The notes under the pieces: generated by a model
Told to the model about the DNA's origin: nothing
Database searches by the model: none
The model's input: the letters and a program-made list of their open reading frames with translations, nothing else
Source of the DNA: Octopus sinensis
Lineage: Eukaryota
DNA length: 41,770 nucleotides
Assembly: GCF_006345805.1 (NCBI RefSeq)
Contig: NW_021832631.1
Coordinates: forward strand, 1 to 41,770
Direction of reading: 5' to 3'
Position numbers and translations under genes: made by a program
Shown: positions 24,450 to 38,370 of the stretch, in pieces
Position numbering within the stretch: the first letter of the stretch is position 1
Layout of the letters: each line of letters opens with the position of its first letter

Positions 24450-24950
24450 GTCTTGCAACGGCCACCACCGATGCTGGTAGGTGACAGGCCATTGACTATA
24501 GATCGGATAGCTAACGCCATTAGCGTATCTTGTGAAAGAGTTGAGAATATTCTGCATCATGAACTTGGCATGACGAAGGTTTCTGCTTGGTGGCTGTCAC
24601 GTCGTCTAACACCTGATCAAAAGCGCTCAGAAAAATCTGATATTGTTTGAGGCAAATCCGGCTGGCTTCCTTGAACGTTTCCTAACCAAGAGACAAAAAG
24701 TCAACCCATGCTGTGGAAAGATCCCTCCTCGCCTGCTCCAAAAATCAAGCTCGTTTCATCTGTCGGGACATTGATGGCCATTTGGCAAAAGGCATTATGC
24801 TTATCGACTATCTTCAAGAGGGTCACACTGCTAACTTGCTGAAGGCTATCAAAACCAAACGCCCCAGTAAACAGACGAAAAGGGTGTTGTTTCGTCAGGA
24901 CAGTGCTCTAGCACACAAGTCCTTGGTTTCAATGGCTACTGTGCACGGAA
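24450..24950 (+). pseudogene. Mariner transposase remnant
   Basis: DRPLTIDRIANAISVSCERVENILHHELGMTKVSAWWLSRRLTPDQKR (a degenerate WVPRLL motif) and KGIMLIDYLQEGHT...VLFRQDSALAHKS (degenerate HQDNAPAH). Frameshifted and internally deleted. Confidence 0.9.
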
Positions 24951-25047
24951 CTCTATGCTATTGGGTCATATATTTATATATCTTTACAGCTAATATATCT
25001 ATATATATATAATATAATTATATATATATATATAATACATATATATA

Positions 25048-25240
25048 GTTAATCCAAACATGAAAACACAACAACGCGAGGACGTGGAACATGTATACTG
25101 TTATTGGACGCTCAGGAAAGGAAAGTAGGAGGACTTTACGTTTCGAGCGGAGCTCTTCGTCAGAAACATAGAAAAAGGAAAGATCCAAGGAAGGGAAGAC
25201 GGAGGGGAAAAAATCGCCAACGATATACACGCTGTCACAT
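25048..25240 (-). mobile_element. Probable Penelope-like pLTR remnant with a hammerhead motif
   Basis: Minus strand about 25170-25132 reads GTTT-CTGACGA-A-GAGC-TCC-GCTC-GAAACGTA-AAGT. Confidence 0.55.
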
Positions 25241-25249
25241 ATATATACA

Positions 25250-27120
<1,871 letters not shown>

Positions 27121-27516
27121 GTGGTAGAAGTGGTGGAATGCAAGACAGAAACTTAGTAACTATAGTAACGGTTTCTTAATTATTAGATTTGGTGAGGAAA
27201 AAAAATACTTTTCATGTTTTTTGGGGTTTTTTTTTTTCAATTTTGGTGTATTTGAAATAATCACGACTTTCATTGCCATGTAAAAAAAACAACAACAGCA
27301 ACAACAACGAGACGACTGTACCTGTATGTGGTCTCCCAAGTTACTAGAAATGTCAGTCTAATATCCCTTAAATCACATTTGAAGAAGACACACTGTTTGA
27401 TTGTCCTGCTCTTAATTCCTCCCGTCCAGTTGGTTTTCATATCGGGCAACAAGACGTCTCCAACAATCCTGGTTTTGAGCATAATCACCTGTATTCTCCA
27501 ACATGATGCTCAATTA

Positions 27517-28082
27517 TTGGGTTGTCCGGAAAGTTCGTGCCGATTTTTAAAGGAAAGGAAAAGGTCAATAAATACTTGCCGTTACATTTTTAATCAACCA
27601 AATACGAACCATTTTGTTGCACAATGCGTCTCCATCCTTCCTTTAACTTGAAAATACCCTCTTCCCAGAAATGAGGTGGTTTCATGGCAAAGAATTCATC
27701 GAGGTATCTTTTTACGTCATCCAAGGAATTGAAATTTTTACCATTAAGACTATTCTGCAGAGACCTGAATAAGCGGAAATCCGAAGGAGCAATATCTGGT
27801 GAATATGGAAGGTGGGGGTAACACATCCCAGCCGAGCTGCAGCAATTTTTGTCTGGTTCCCAAAGCATCAAGTGCCGAAAATGAACTTTTTTATCTTCCA
27901 GTTTAAAGGGTTACAGAATTAACACAGGTAATAGGAATATAAACCTTCTTCCACGAAAAGATAGCTTAAACTGTCCTCTAAATGGAGGTGTAGTCAAATC
28001 CTATTTTATGGACTTAACCATGTTCTAAACAAGTCGAAAGGTAAGCTGCTATAAATCGGCACGAATTTTCCGGACAACCCAA
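27517..28082 (-). mobile_element. Internally deleted 566-bp mariner element with both TIRs
   Basis: 30-bp TIRs ttgggttgtccggaaagttcgtgccgattt (27517-27546) and 28053-28082, one mismatch, with TA on both sides. ORF 27590-27871 carries YSPDIAPSDFRLFRSLQNSL, the mariner catalytic C-terminus. Confidence 0.95.
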
Positions 28083-28092
28083 TACTTTAGAT

Positions 28093-28342
28093 TGGTGGTT
28101 CTCAACTATATTTTGTCTGTGGACCCCTTTGATTCCTATTTTACTCAGGTGGACCCCCATAGACATTCAGTGTTTTGAAAAGCCCTATTTTTATAATTAA
28201 ATATTATTAGAAATTGTATGAAAAAAACTGTTAAAGTATTTTGTGTATTATACAATTTTAAGCAATTTATTGCACAAAAATTTTACCCACAAATTCTTAT
28301 GTAGATCCCCAAGGCCGTATGGAGCCTAGTTGAAAACCACTG
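28093..28342. mobile_element. hAT/Charlie-type MITE
   Basis: Ends tggtggttctcaact and agttgaaaaccactg. Degenerate 8-bp TSD ctttagat/ctttgaag. Confidence 0.65.
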
Positions 28343-28569
28343 CTTTGAAGGTGATGTGCCATGTCTTCTTGGGTCTCCCTGTCTTCTTTCTTCCCCCTGA
28401 CAGTACCCAGTATACAGCTGTCTTGAATATTCGTTCTCCTGTCAGTAGGGAAATACGACAGCAACTTTCACTATTCTTTTTGTCCCAATCTCCTGCAAGC
28501 TGCGCAAATTGGCTTTTCTCAAGACTTCAGAGTTTGTGATTCTGTCCCCGAAGGCCAGTAATTTTCAGT

Positions 28570-28897
28570 CATTTTTTTGGGGTTTTTTTTTTTTACTTGT
28601 GGATCCCTTTGACTAATATTCTATTCTGGTGAACCCCTATAGCTATATGATATTTAAAATCTATCTTTATAGATATTTCTTTTAAAATTCCTATTTTGCT
28701 TTTCATACATAAACATGTGTGGGTTGAACAAGTCGTATGTATAATGTTAGAAAAAAAGAACCTAGCTGTTTCTTGCAATAAAAACATCTGAATCAAAATT
28801 TTTCATGGACCCTTAAAATATTACAGTAGAACCCCAAAACCCCAAAAATCTTACGTGGACCATCGGGTGTCATAGGGACCTTAGTTGAAAGCCACTG
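28570..28897. mobile_element. Related hAT-type MITE, older copy
   Basis: Right end agttgaaagccactg and internal tgtggatcccttt similar to the preceding MITE. Left end uncertain. Confidence 0.5.
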
Positions 28898-29089
28898 CTG
28901 TAGGTGATCGTGATTTTGAGTATTCTTCATAGAGACCATTGGTAGGATGCATTCAACCGTTGAGTAATCTCGGCAGTCATTTTTCAAGTTTCTCGACATA
29001 GATTGCTGTTGCCAAGACAACGCTGTTGCCAAGACAACGATGTAGCCCAGCCGGATCTTCTTACGGTTGCTATTCAAAGCGCTGGCTCA

Positions 29090-29410
29090 GGTCCGGCTCG
29101 TTCCTCTGAACCCTGCCCGATTCTAGAGTTGACACGTGCTTCAGTACCCTCTTAGTAGCAATAATTCTGCCCAGGTAGGTGTTCTTGATTCACAAGGATT
29201 TACGTGTCTTACCCACTGTTCTACGCCACCTTGGTTTTCTCAGAGCTGATCCTTAGGCCTACCTTTACCGCTTTTTCAGCCACTTTGGTTGTCTTACTGA
29301 GTGTGATTCTGCTATGAGCACAATTTCATCAGCGTTGTTCAAATCCGCTGGGCATCTGCCTACATTCTGCTATATTTCGGCAGATGGTTCGTTATTTAAT
29401 GTAGTCCTAT
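29090..29410 (-). pseudogene. RTE-like reverse transcriptase fragment
   Basis: Minus-strand pieces [14 protein letters not shown] (degenerate YADD), TYLGRII and GTEARVNSRIGQ. Confidence 0.7.
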
Positions 29411-29850
29411 GCATATTGGATGGCTGGCTGGCTGGCTGGCTGGCTGGATGGATGGATGGATGGATGGATGGATGGATGGATGGATGGATGGATGGATGGA
29501 TGGAAGGACAGATGGGTGGATGGATGGATGGAAGGACAGATGGATGGATAGATGGATGGATGGATGGATGGATGGATGGATGGATGGATGGATGAATGGA
29601 TGGATAGATGGATGGATGGATGGATGGATGGATGGATGGATGGATGGAAGGACAGATGGGTGGATGGATGGATGGATGGATGATAAAAGATGGAATGGGC
29701 GTGACTGGAATGTCTTATAATCATAGGTTTATATAATCAAGGATGTCCTGGGCTGGCCAACAACAACAACAAGAACAGTTACAACAATTCCATGCACAAC
29801 TACAACAACCATCGATTGCAATAACAGGAACAATAAATGTCAGAAGAAGC

Positions 29851-30323
29851 GGGCGTGGCAGTTTGCCTCCCAACCACACGGTTCCGGGTTCAGTCCCACT
29901 GCGTGGCATCTTGGGAAAGTGTCTTCTACTAAAGCCTCGAGCCGACCAAACCTTTGTGAGTATGTTTGATAAACAGAACCTGAAAGCAGCCCGTCGTGTG
30001 TGTGTGTGTGTGTGTGTGTTGTGTGTGTGTGTGGTGTGTGTGTGTGTGTGTGCGTGTGTGTGTGTATGTGTGTGTGTGTGTGGTGTGTGTGTGTGTGTGT
30101 GTGTGTGTGTGGTACGTCTTAGCATTTGTACCCCACCACCGTTTGACAATTGATGTTGGTTTGTTCACGTTACCGTAACTTAGCGGTTCGGCAAAAGAAC
30201 CGATAGACTAAATAGCAGACTTTAAAATAAGTTCTGGAGCCGATTCGTTCGTCTAAAGTCCATCGAGGCAGTGCCCCAGTATGGCCGTAGTGTAATAAGT
30301 GAAACAAGTAAAAGATAGAAGAT
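29851..30323 (+). mobile_element. Family-2 SINE with an expanded internal (TG)n
   Basis: Head ggttccgggttcagtcccactgcgtggcatcttgggaaagtgtc, (TG)n at about 29997-30112, tail gaaacaagtaaaagata. Confidence 0.85.
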
Positions 30324-30339
30324 ACAGGGGGGACAATAA

Positions 30340-30590
30340 CAACAACAGCAACAACAACAACTACAATAACAAAAACGCAACAGAACCGATTGCAGGAACT
30401 GCAGCACCAGGAGCAGCAGCAACAGATGACGATGATGTTGATGATGATGATGATGACGACGATGGTGATGGTGCTGATGATGATGTTGATGATGTTGATG
30501 GTGGTGATGGTGATGGTGATGATGATGATGATGATGATGACGACGACGATGGTGATGGTGATGATGATGTTGATGGTGGTGATGGTGATG

Positions 30591-30625
<35 letters not shown>

Positions 30626-31087
30626 GTGGTGATGATGTTGATGGTGGTGATGGTGATGATGGTGGTGATGATGTTGATGGTGGTGATGGTGATGGTGATG
30701 ATGATGGTGGTGATTCTGGAGTTGATACTTGCTTCAGTACCCTCTTAGTAGCAATAATGCTGCCCAGATAGGTGTTCTTGATTCACAAGAACAACAAGAA
30801 CAACAGCAGCAACAACAAAGTCAATGACAATCAAAAATACGATATCCGTGACTGCAAAACAACGACAACGACGACGACGACGACGACACTAGGAACTGAT
30901 AACAGTCTCACAACAACAACAGCAACAGCAAGAACAGCAAGAAGACGAATGGTAAGAGTCGACTGACAACCAAATACATTGAGATGTAAACCGAAGTGTT
31001 TTGTGTGCGAGTCTTGCCTGAAGACATCACATTTGCAAAAAGGAAAAAGAAAAAGAAAAAGAAACGGCTTCTGCAGAACGCTGTGGC

Positions 31088-31131
<44 letters not shown>

Positions 31132-31389
31132 CTGGTGGTGGTGGCGGTGGTGGACGTGTTGATTTCGTGATTTTTGTACATCTTGTAGTGTAAGATGAAG
31201 TTTTGTTGTTGTTTTTTTTAAAAGCATTGAAATATTATTATTATTATTATTATTATTTTCATTATTATTATTATTATTATCATATTATTATTATTATTAT
31301 TATCAATCATTATTATTATTATTATTATTATTATATCATTATTATTATATTATTATTATCATATATATTATTATTATTATCATTATATT

Positions 31390-31430
<41 letters not shown>

Positions 31431-31810
31431 CATTATTATTATATCATTATTATTATTATTTATTATCATTATCATTATTATATTATTATTATCATTATTA
31501 TTAATTATTATTATTATTATCATTATTATTATTATCAATTATTATTATTATTATTATTATCATTATTATTATTATTTTCATTATTATTATTATTATTATT
31601 ATTATCATTATATTATTATTATTATTATATATTATTATTATTATTATTATTATTATTATCAGCAGCAGCAGCTACCTTATGTAATAATCACCACCATCAA
31701 TATCATCATCATCATCACATCATCATCATCGTCGTCATCAACATCAACATCATCATCGTCGTTGTCGTCGTCGTCATCTTCGTATTCTCTTATTCTTTTT
31801 CCTCCTCCTC
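30340..31810. repeat. (CAA)/(GAT)/(GTA)/(ATT)/(ATC) microsatellite blocks
   Basis: Read directly from the sequence. Confidence 0.9.
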
Positions 31811-32495
31811 CTCCTCCTCCTTTTCCTCGCTTTCGATGTTTTTATTTTATCATTCGTGGTTTGAAAACTGCCTGAAGGCTTTCCTTTATTTATTGATGTT
31901 TTCCTTTCTTTTGCTTACATCAAAAAAGAAAAAAAGAAGAAGAAAAAAAACCCAATTATGTACATCTTGGAAATTCGTGCATAAAAATATTTTTTCAAAA
32001 TGTTCAAGATTAACCAAATACCACGTGAGAATGGTTCCCCGAACAGTATTTACAGAATCTTTCATCGCTATTTTCGTGAAGTGAATGCGATTAAAACTAG
32101 AGCCAAAGCCGTCTCTCTTGATCGAGAAACAACGTAAAAACGACTTTGTGACAATGTGCTATGATTTCACTAATTGATTTCGGTTAGTTGAGTGGCCGCG
32201 AGTAGACATAGACAGAGAGAGAGAGAGACAGGGAAACAGAGAGACAGAGATACCGAGAGACAGACATACATGTAGGCAGACAGGCAGAGACCCTCTCGGT
32301 CCTTGAACCTTGTGGAACGTCGAACATATGATATATGGAATGACAAAGGACTGCGCCACTAATAGGCTGGTTAAACGTGCTTGTAGATAATCTTAGAGAT
32401 AATCTTAGAGTGCCTTAGAGATAATCTGGTCGGTAGCTTTGCAAAAATGTCAGTACGTTATTGTAGCTGCCCTAATTACAGATGAGGCAGTAGGG

Positions 32496-32897
32496 TTCCT
32501 TCGAAGGATCTCTGGAGTAACGTTACTCGACGTGATACCTAGCTCGTAGATCAGGGAGTTCCTCCAGGTCGAGCCGCTCTTTCTCCGCATCGTTAGATCA
32601 CAGTTCCGGTACTACAGACATGTGGTTAAGATGTCGCATGGAAAAATCGCAAGACGGGTTCTTCAAGCCGAGCTAAGCGGCAAAAAAAAACAAGGAGATA
32701 GACCAAGAACAAGATAGTTAGATAATATCCATGTTCCCAGATGGTCACGCTTAGGAATCCATCAGATAAGTGTAAAAGCGGTTGCTTCTGATAGAACCCT
32801 ATGGATGAGGTGCCTGAGGACTCTGCACCTACATTCCTCCTCTGCCCCAGGAATAGAGGGTGGAGAAAATTGATGGGTGAATAAATGGATGATGATC
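32496..32897 (+). pseudogene. RTE-clade LINE 3' end
   Basis: FLRRISGVTLLD...IREFLQVEPLFLRIVRSQFRYYRHV...DRPRTR*LDNIH: the conserved RTE ORF C-terminus (xRPRxRW motif) followed by a short simple-repeat tail. Confidence 0.8.
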
Positions 32898-33217
32898 CGC
32901 TTCCTTAACCTTTTTGATACCAACTTACCTGCGACCGCCCTACTTCTGCGATACTAAAGTTTAAGCCTTCTTTTATGATTTTATAAAGGAAATATTTTTT
33001 TGTTAAATCAAGTTCCACAAGCACCAGCTTAGTAATGGAGAGGATCGTGATTTTTCTGTCTCCTTCATGAGCAGTGAGCTTCATTATAAATGCTTGTTTA
33101 TGTTTCGTACCATTGATGTAAATAAATTAAAACCACTTTTATTATTCACCTTTCTATTTCTTCAACAACAGCCAACAAATATGAAAGGATACTGCAATCA
33201 ACATAATTTGCCTGGTT

Positions 33218-33625
33218 ACTCTTTTACTCTTTTACTTGTTTCAGTCATTTGACTGCGGCCATGCTGGAGCACCGCCTTTAGTCGAGCAAATCGACCCCGG
33301 GACTTATTCTTTGTAAGCCCAGTACTTATTCTATCGGTCTCTTTTGCCGAACCGCTAAGTAACGGGGACGTAAACACACCAGCATCGGTTGTCAAGCAAT
33401 GCTAGGGGGACAAACACAGACACACAAATACACACACACATATATATATATACATATATACGACAGGCTTCTTTTCAGTTTCCGTCTACCAAATCCACTC
33501 ACAAGGCATTGGTCGGCCCGGGGCTATAGCAGAAGACACTTGCCCAAGATGCCATGCAGTGGGACTGAACCCGGAACCATGTGGTTGGTTAGCAAGCTAC
33601 TGACCACACAGCCACTCCTACGCCT
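33218..33625 (-). mobile_element. Full-length young family-2 SINE
   Basis: Near-identical to 17831-18240. Flanked by a long direct repeat (33112-33217 and 33626-33712). Confidence 0.9.
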
Positions 33626-33720
33626 ATTGATGTAAATAAATTAAAGCCACTTTTATTATTCACCTTTCTATTTCTTCAACAACAGCCAACAATCAACATA
33701 ATTTGCCTGGTTCTGGATTA

Positions 33721-34250
33721 AATTTATAATTTGGAAAGATGTTTTTACTGATATGTCTGTAAAAACTAGCTTTGCAAATAGATAGACGACCTTTATATTT
33801 CCAAAAGTATAAGCAAAGACATTAAAAAGTGCTGTCTCACAGTATACGATTGCTATATCACAGTGAATAAAAATTAGTCTTTCTAATTGAATTGTGAAGT
33901 TAAAATCTTTAATCACATTTTGATAAAAAAAAAAAAAAGAATATATTGAAATTAGAATTTATAAGAATTTTCTGAATAGTGTACAAATTTATAATTTGGA
34001 GAGATGTTTTAACTGATATGTCTGTAAAAAGTAGCTTTGCAAATACATAGGCGACCTTTATATTTCCAAAAGTATAAGCAAAGACATTAAAAAGTGCTGT
34101 CTCACAGTATACAATTGCTATATCACAGTGAATAAAAATTAGTCTTTCTACTTGAATTGGGAGTTAAAGTCTTCAATAATCACATTTTGATAAAAAAAAA
34201 AAAGAATATATTAAAATTAGAATTTATAAGAATTTTCTGAATAGTGTACA
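33721..34250. repeat. Tandem duplication, 2 x 265 bp
   Basis: Units 33721-33985 and 33986-34250, roughly 94% identical by eye. Confidence 0.9.
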
Positions 34251-34672
34251 CTTTAATAATTGCTTTCTTTTCCTAAAAAATTACATAATCCAAACTAATT
34301 AACAAGCAACTTCCTTTGTTACAGTATAGATATGTGGTCACAGAAGAGTTGGTAATCAAATCTAAATTAATATAATTCTTTGACTTGTCAACTCGTTTCT
34401 ACATAACATTATTGCTATTTGTTATTGCTTTGTCGATCATTCATACACAGAAAATAATTCAGGTTTATTAGGAGCTGCTAATTCGAGAGCTTCGTTTGCC
34501 CAACAGCAACAACACCAGCGGAAGCGACACCATCATCATCATTATCAGCACCAGCAGCACCAGCAGCACCATTGATAATATGTCTTCATCCTACAACTCG
34601 AATTGTATAGTCTCCATTAACTCATTGAAATTAAGACCTATCAAGACTACTTCAGACCACCAAAATTTGTCT

Positions 34673-35495
34673 CGGGCATCGCTGTGTGGTAAGAAGTTTG
34701 TTTCACACCTCAAGGTTCCGAGTTCAGTCTCGCTGCGTGGCACTTCGGGCAGGTGTCTTCTACTGTAGCCACGAATAGACCAATGCCTTGTGAGTGGATT
34801 TGGAAGACAGAATCGGAAAGAAGGCGGCGAGCTGGCAGAAACGGGTGTGCCTGATTGTTGGAGACACAAGAGCTGTCAACTCTGAGGAACAGAGATCATC
34901 ATAGTAGTGATATAAAAGATAGAGAAGAGACAGCATACCTACGGGTCATGAAGCGGTATAAGCTCGTTACATGCTCGTTACGGTATATGCTCGTTACGTT
35001 AAAGGCGGCGAACTGGCAGAAACGTTAGCACGCCGGGCGAAATGCTTAGCGGTATTTCGTCTGTCTTTACGTTCTGAGTTCAAATTTTCGCCGAGGTCGA
35101 CTTTGCTTTTCCTCCTTTCGGGGTCGATAAATTAAGTACCAGTTACGCACTGGGGTCGATGTAATCGACTTAATCCCTTTGTCTGTCCTTGTTTGTCCCT
35201 CTATGTTTAGCCCATTGTGGGCAATAAAGAAATTAGAAACTGAAAGAAGCCCATTGTATGTATATGTGTGTGTATGTATGTATGTATGTATGTTTATCGC
35301 CCTATCACCGTTGGGCAACCGGTGTTGGTGTGTTTACGTCTCCCCAACTTAGCAGTTCGGCAAAGAGGCAGATAGAATAAGTACTAAGCTTAAGAAATAA
35401 GCCCTGAGGCCGATTTGTTCGACTAAAACCTTTCAGGCGGTACTCCAGCATGTCTGCAGCCAAATGACCGTAATAAGCATAAGAATAAAAGAATA
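34673..35495 (+). mobile_element. Family-2 SINE interrupted by a chimeric family-1 SINE insertion (34821-35234)
   Basis: Host halves about 34673-34823 and 35235-35495, with a degenerate TSD around agaa...gaaagaag. The insert is a head stub, ~160 bp of LINE-derived flank and a full SINE. Confidence 0.85.
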
Positions 35496-35502
35496 TATAT
35501 AT

Positions 35503-35617
35503 ATGGTCCCGGGTTCAGTCCCACTGCGTGGGACCTTGAGCAAGTGTCTTCTAATCGACCAAAGCCTTGTGAGTGGATTTGGTATATGGAAACTGAAAGA
35601 AGCCCGTCGTATATATG

Positions 35618-35687
<70 letters not shown>

Positions 35688-35904
35688 GTGTATGTTTTGT
35701 ATCTGTGTTTATCCCCCCAACATCGCTTGACAACCGATGCTGGTGTGTTTACGTCCCCGTAACTTAGCGGTTCGGCAAAAGAGACCGATAGAATAAGTAC
35801 TAGGCTTACAAAGAATAAGTCCTGGGGATGATTTACTCGACGATAGGCAGTGCTCAGCATGGCCACAGTCAAATGATTTGAAACAAGTAAAATAGTAAAA
35901 AGAG

Positions 35905-35905
<1 letters not shown>
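35503..35905 (+). mobile_element. 5'-truncated family-2 SINE
   Basis: Matches family-2 body and tail, with an internal (TA) microsatellite. Confidence 0.85.
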
Positions 35906-35935
<30 letters not shown>

Positions 35936-35952
35936 GGTGGGAGTGTTTACGC

Positions 35953-36007
<55 letters not shown>

Positions 36008-36139
36008 TATAGACAGGCAGACAGACAAACTAGTCTGAAGTAATCAAGCTGGGCCTAAATTTCAATGTGTTAAGAGCGACTCAACACCTCTGGTTACATG
36101 ATTAAAACACATTTTCATTGTCATTATCACTGTTATAGT

Positions 36140-36820
36140 CTTCTTCTTCCAATCAGGACTCACGCCATTAGCCACAAAGAATAATCTCTAATTCGAGCCT
36201 ACTCTAAGCTACTAAGAATGCGATAGACTGGCGGTTGCACGGGCGCGAAAGCTACGTTGTTATCCTCATTCCGTAAACGGTGGTTTTTTAACGTGTGGAG
36301 AGCTGAACCATCCTGGGGTACAGAGGATTCGCAATTTAGACTAGGGCCTGAAAGTTTTACCACACCATTGTTCCTCTGCTTTGCGAGCTAGCAGAAGCGT
36401 TAGCACACCGGGCGAAATGCTTTGCGGTACTTCGTCTGCCGTTACGTTCTGAGTTCAAATTCCGCCGAGGTCGACTTTGCCTTTCATCCTTTCGGGGTTG
36501 ATAAATTAAGTACCAGTTACGCACTGGGGTCGATGTAATCGACTTAATACCTATGTCTGTCCTTGTTTGTCCCCTCTGTGTTTAGCCCCTTGTGGGTAAT
36601 AAAGAAATATGTTCCTCTGCTTTGCGGCAGAAGTAGGAAGAAGGAGTGAGAGAAAGTTGTGGTGAAACAGTACAGCGGGGTTCACCACCCCACCGCCGGA
36701 GCCTCGTGGAGCCTAGGTGTTTTTGCTCAATAAACACTTGCAATGCCCGGTCTGGGAATCGAAACCGCGTTCTTACGACTGCGAGTCCACTGCCTTAACC
36801 ACTGGGCCATTGCGCCTCCA
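36140..36820 (-). mobile_element. Family-3 SINE, tail variant 3, interrupted by a family-1 SINE
   Basis: Head at about 36630-36820 on the minus strand. The tail continues from 36369 down to about 36140 and ends in a short (GAA)n. Confidence 0.65.
36386..36609 (+). mobile_element. Family-1 SINE with a 17-bp TSD
   Basis: tgttcctctgctttgcg at 36369-36385 and 36610-36626. Confidence 0.9.
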
Positions 36821-36989
36821 CAGCTGCTGCTGCTGTTGCTGTTGCTGTCATCGCTGTTTAGTCTCCTGTCATCATTACTGACGTCGGACATTGTGCAGTA
36901 TACCTCTTCCTTTTTTAATTTTATTTTCAAAATACTACGGTGCTGTATTTTCGGCTTTGGCTGCTATTATTTCTAGCAGACCGAGAAGT

Positions 36990-38029
36990 CAATATCGATA
37001 CCAATACTACCACCACTACCACCATTGTCACCATCACCACCACCATCACCATTACCACAACCCCCATCACATGACCACAACCACAATCACACACCATCAT
37101 CAACACCATAACTACCACCATAACTACCACCGCCACCACTATGACAACCACTAACACAACACCACCACCATCACCACCATCACCATCACCACCATCACCA
37201 TAGCCACCACCACCACTGTCACCATCATCACCCCATCACTACCACCACTATCATCATCCTCACCCCATCACTACCACCGTCATCATCACCACCACCATCA
37301 CCATTACCACAACCAGCATCACCACAATCATCACCACCACCATAACTACCACCGTCACCACTATCCCAACCATTAACACAACACCGCCAACATCATCCCT
37401 ACAACCACCACCACCACCACTGTCATCATCATCACCCCATCACTACCACCACTATCACCACCACAGCCACAACTATCATCATCACCCCCCATCATCACTG
37501 CATTGGATAATCCAAGACATGGTCGTTTTCAGAGTAAGCTCCAAAGCTATTTACTATTCCAATCCATATTCTTTGACTAACCACTTTATAGTGGCTACAA
37601 CACTCCAGAGAGTACGCCAAGCCACTAACGACTTCATCACGCAGGTCACGTGACCCGGTGATGAGATCATTACCAGATAATTAAACTCTTCTCATGAAGG
37701 CTTGAACGAGATGTATTTAGTGGGGGAAGTCTCATCCATGACGCAGCCGAGGAGAACGGATAATAAAGCCGAGAGCGTTTGCCCCATCCTATGATGACGA
37801 GTAAACTCTGCAAATATAATTTTTGCTACTATGGGTAATGTCGGCAAATCTGGCGTGCATGCAATAACGTGCGCGCGCACGCACGCATATTAGTGTTTAG
37901 AGATCAAACTGAATTATCATATGTATATATATATATGTGTGTGTATGTATATATATATATGCATACATGTATATATTTATATACAGATATGTATATATAT
38001 ATGTATATGCATATATATATATATATATG

Positions 38030-38067
<38 letters not shown>

Positions 38068-38214
38068 GTATATATGTATATATATGTGTGTATATATATA
38101 TTATATAATATAATATAATGTGTGTATATATATGTATGTATATATATATACATTATATATATATATATTAAATATCATATATATATATACATTATATATT
38201 ATATATATATATAT

Positions 38215-38246
<32 letters not shown>

Positions 38247-38249
38247 TAT

Positions 38250-38280
<31 letters not shown>

Positions 38281-38319
38281 ATATATATAATATATAATAT
38301 ATATATATATATATATATA

Positions 38320-38367
<48 letters not shown>

Positions 38368-38370
38368 AAT
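36990..38370. repeat. (ACC/ATC)n and (TA)n microsatellite blocks
   Basis: Read directly; unique spacer at about 37500-37860. Confidence 0.85.

Noticed and set aside
31203-32084. 293-aa ORF, the longest in the track
   Set aside because: Mostly (ATT/ATC)n; the unique tail has no recognisable motif.
37644-37655. ggtcacgtgacc palindrome (E-box/CLEAR-like)
   Set aside because: A single 12-mer with no promoter context; plausible by chance in 42 kb.
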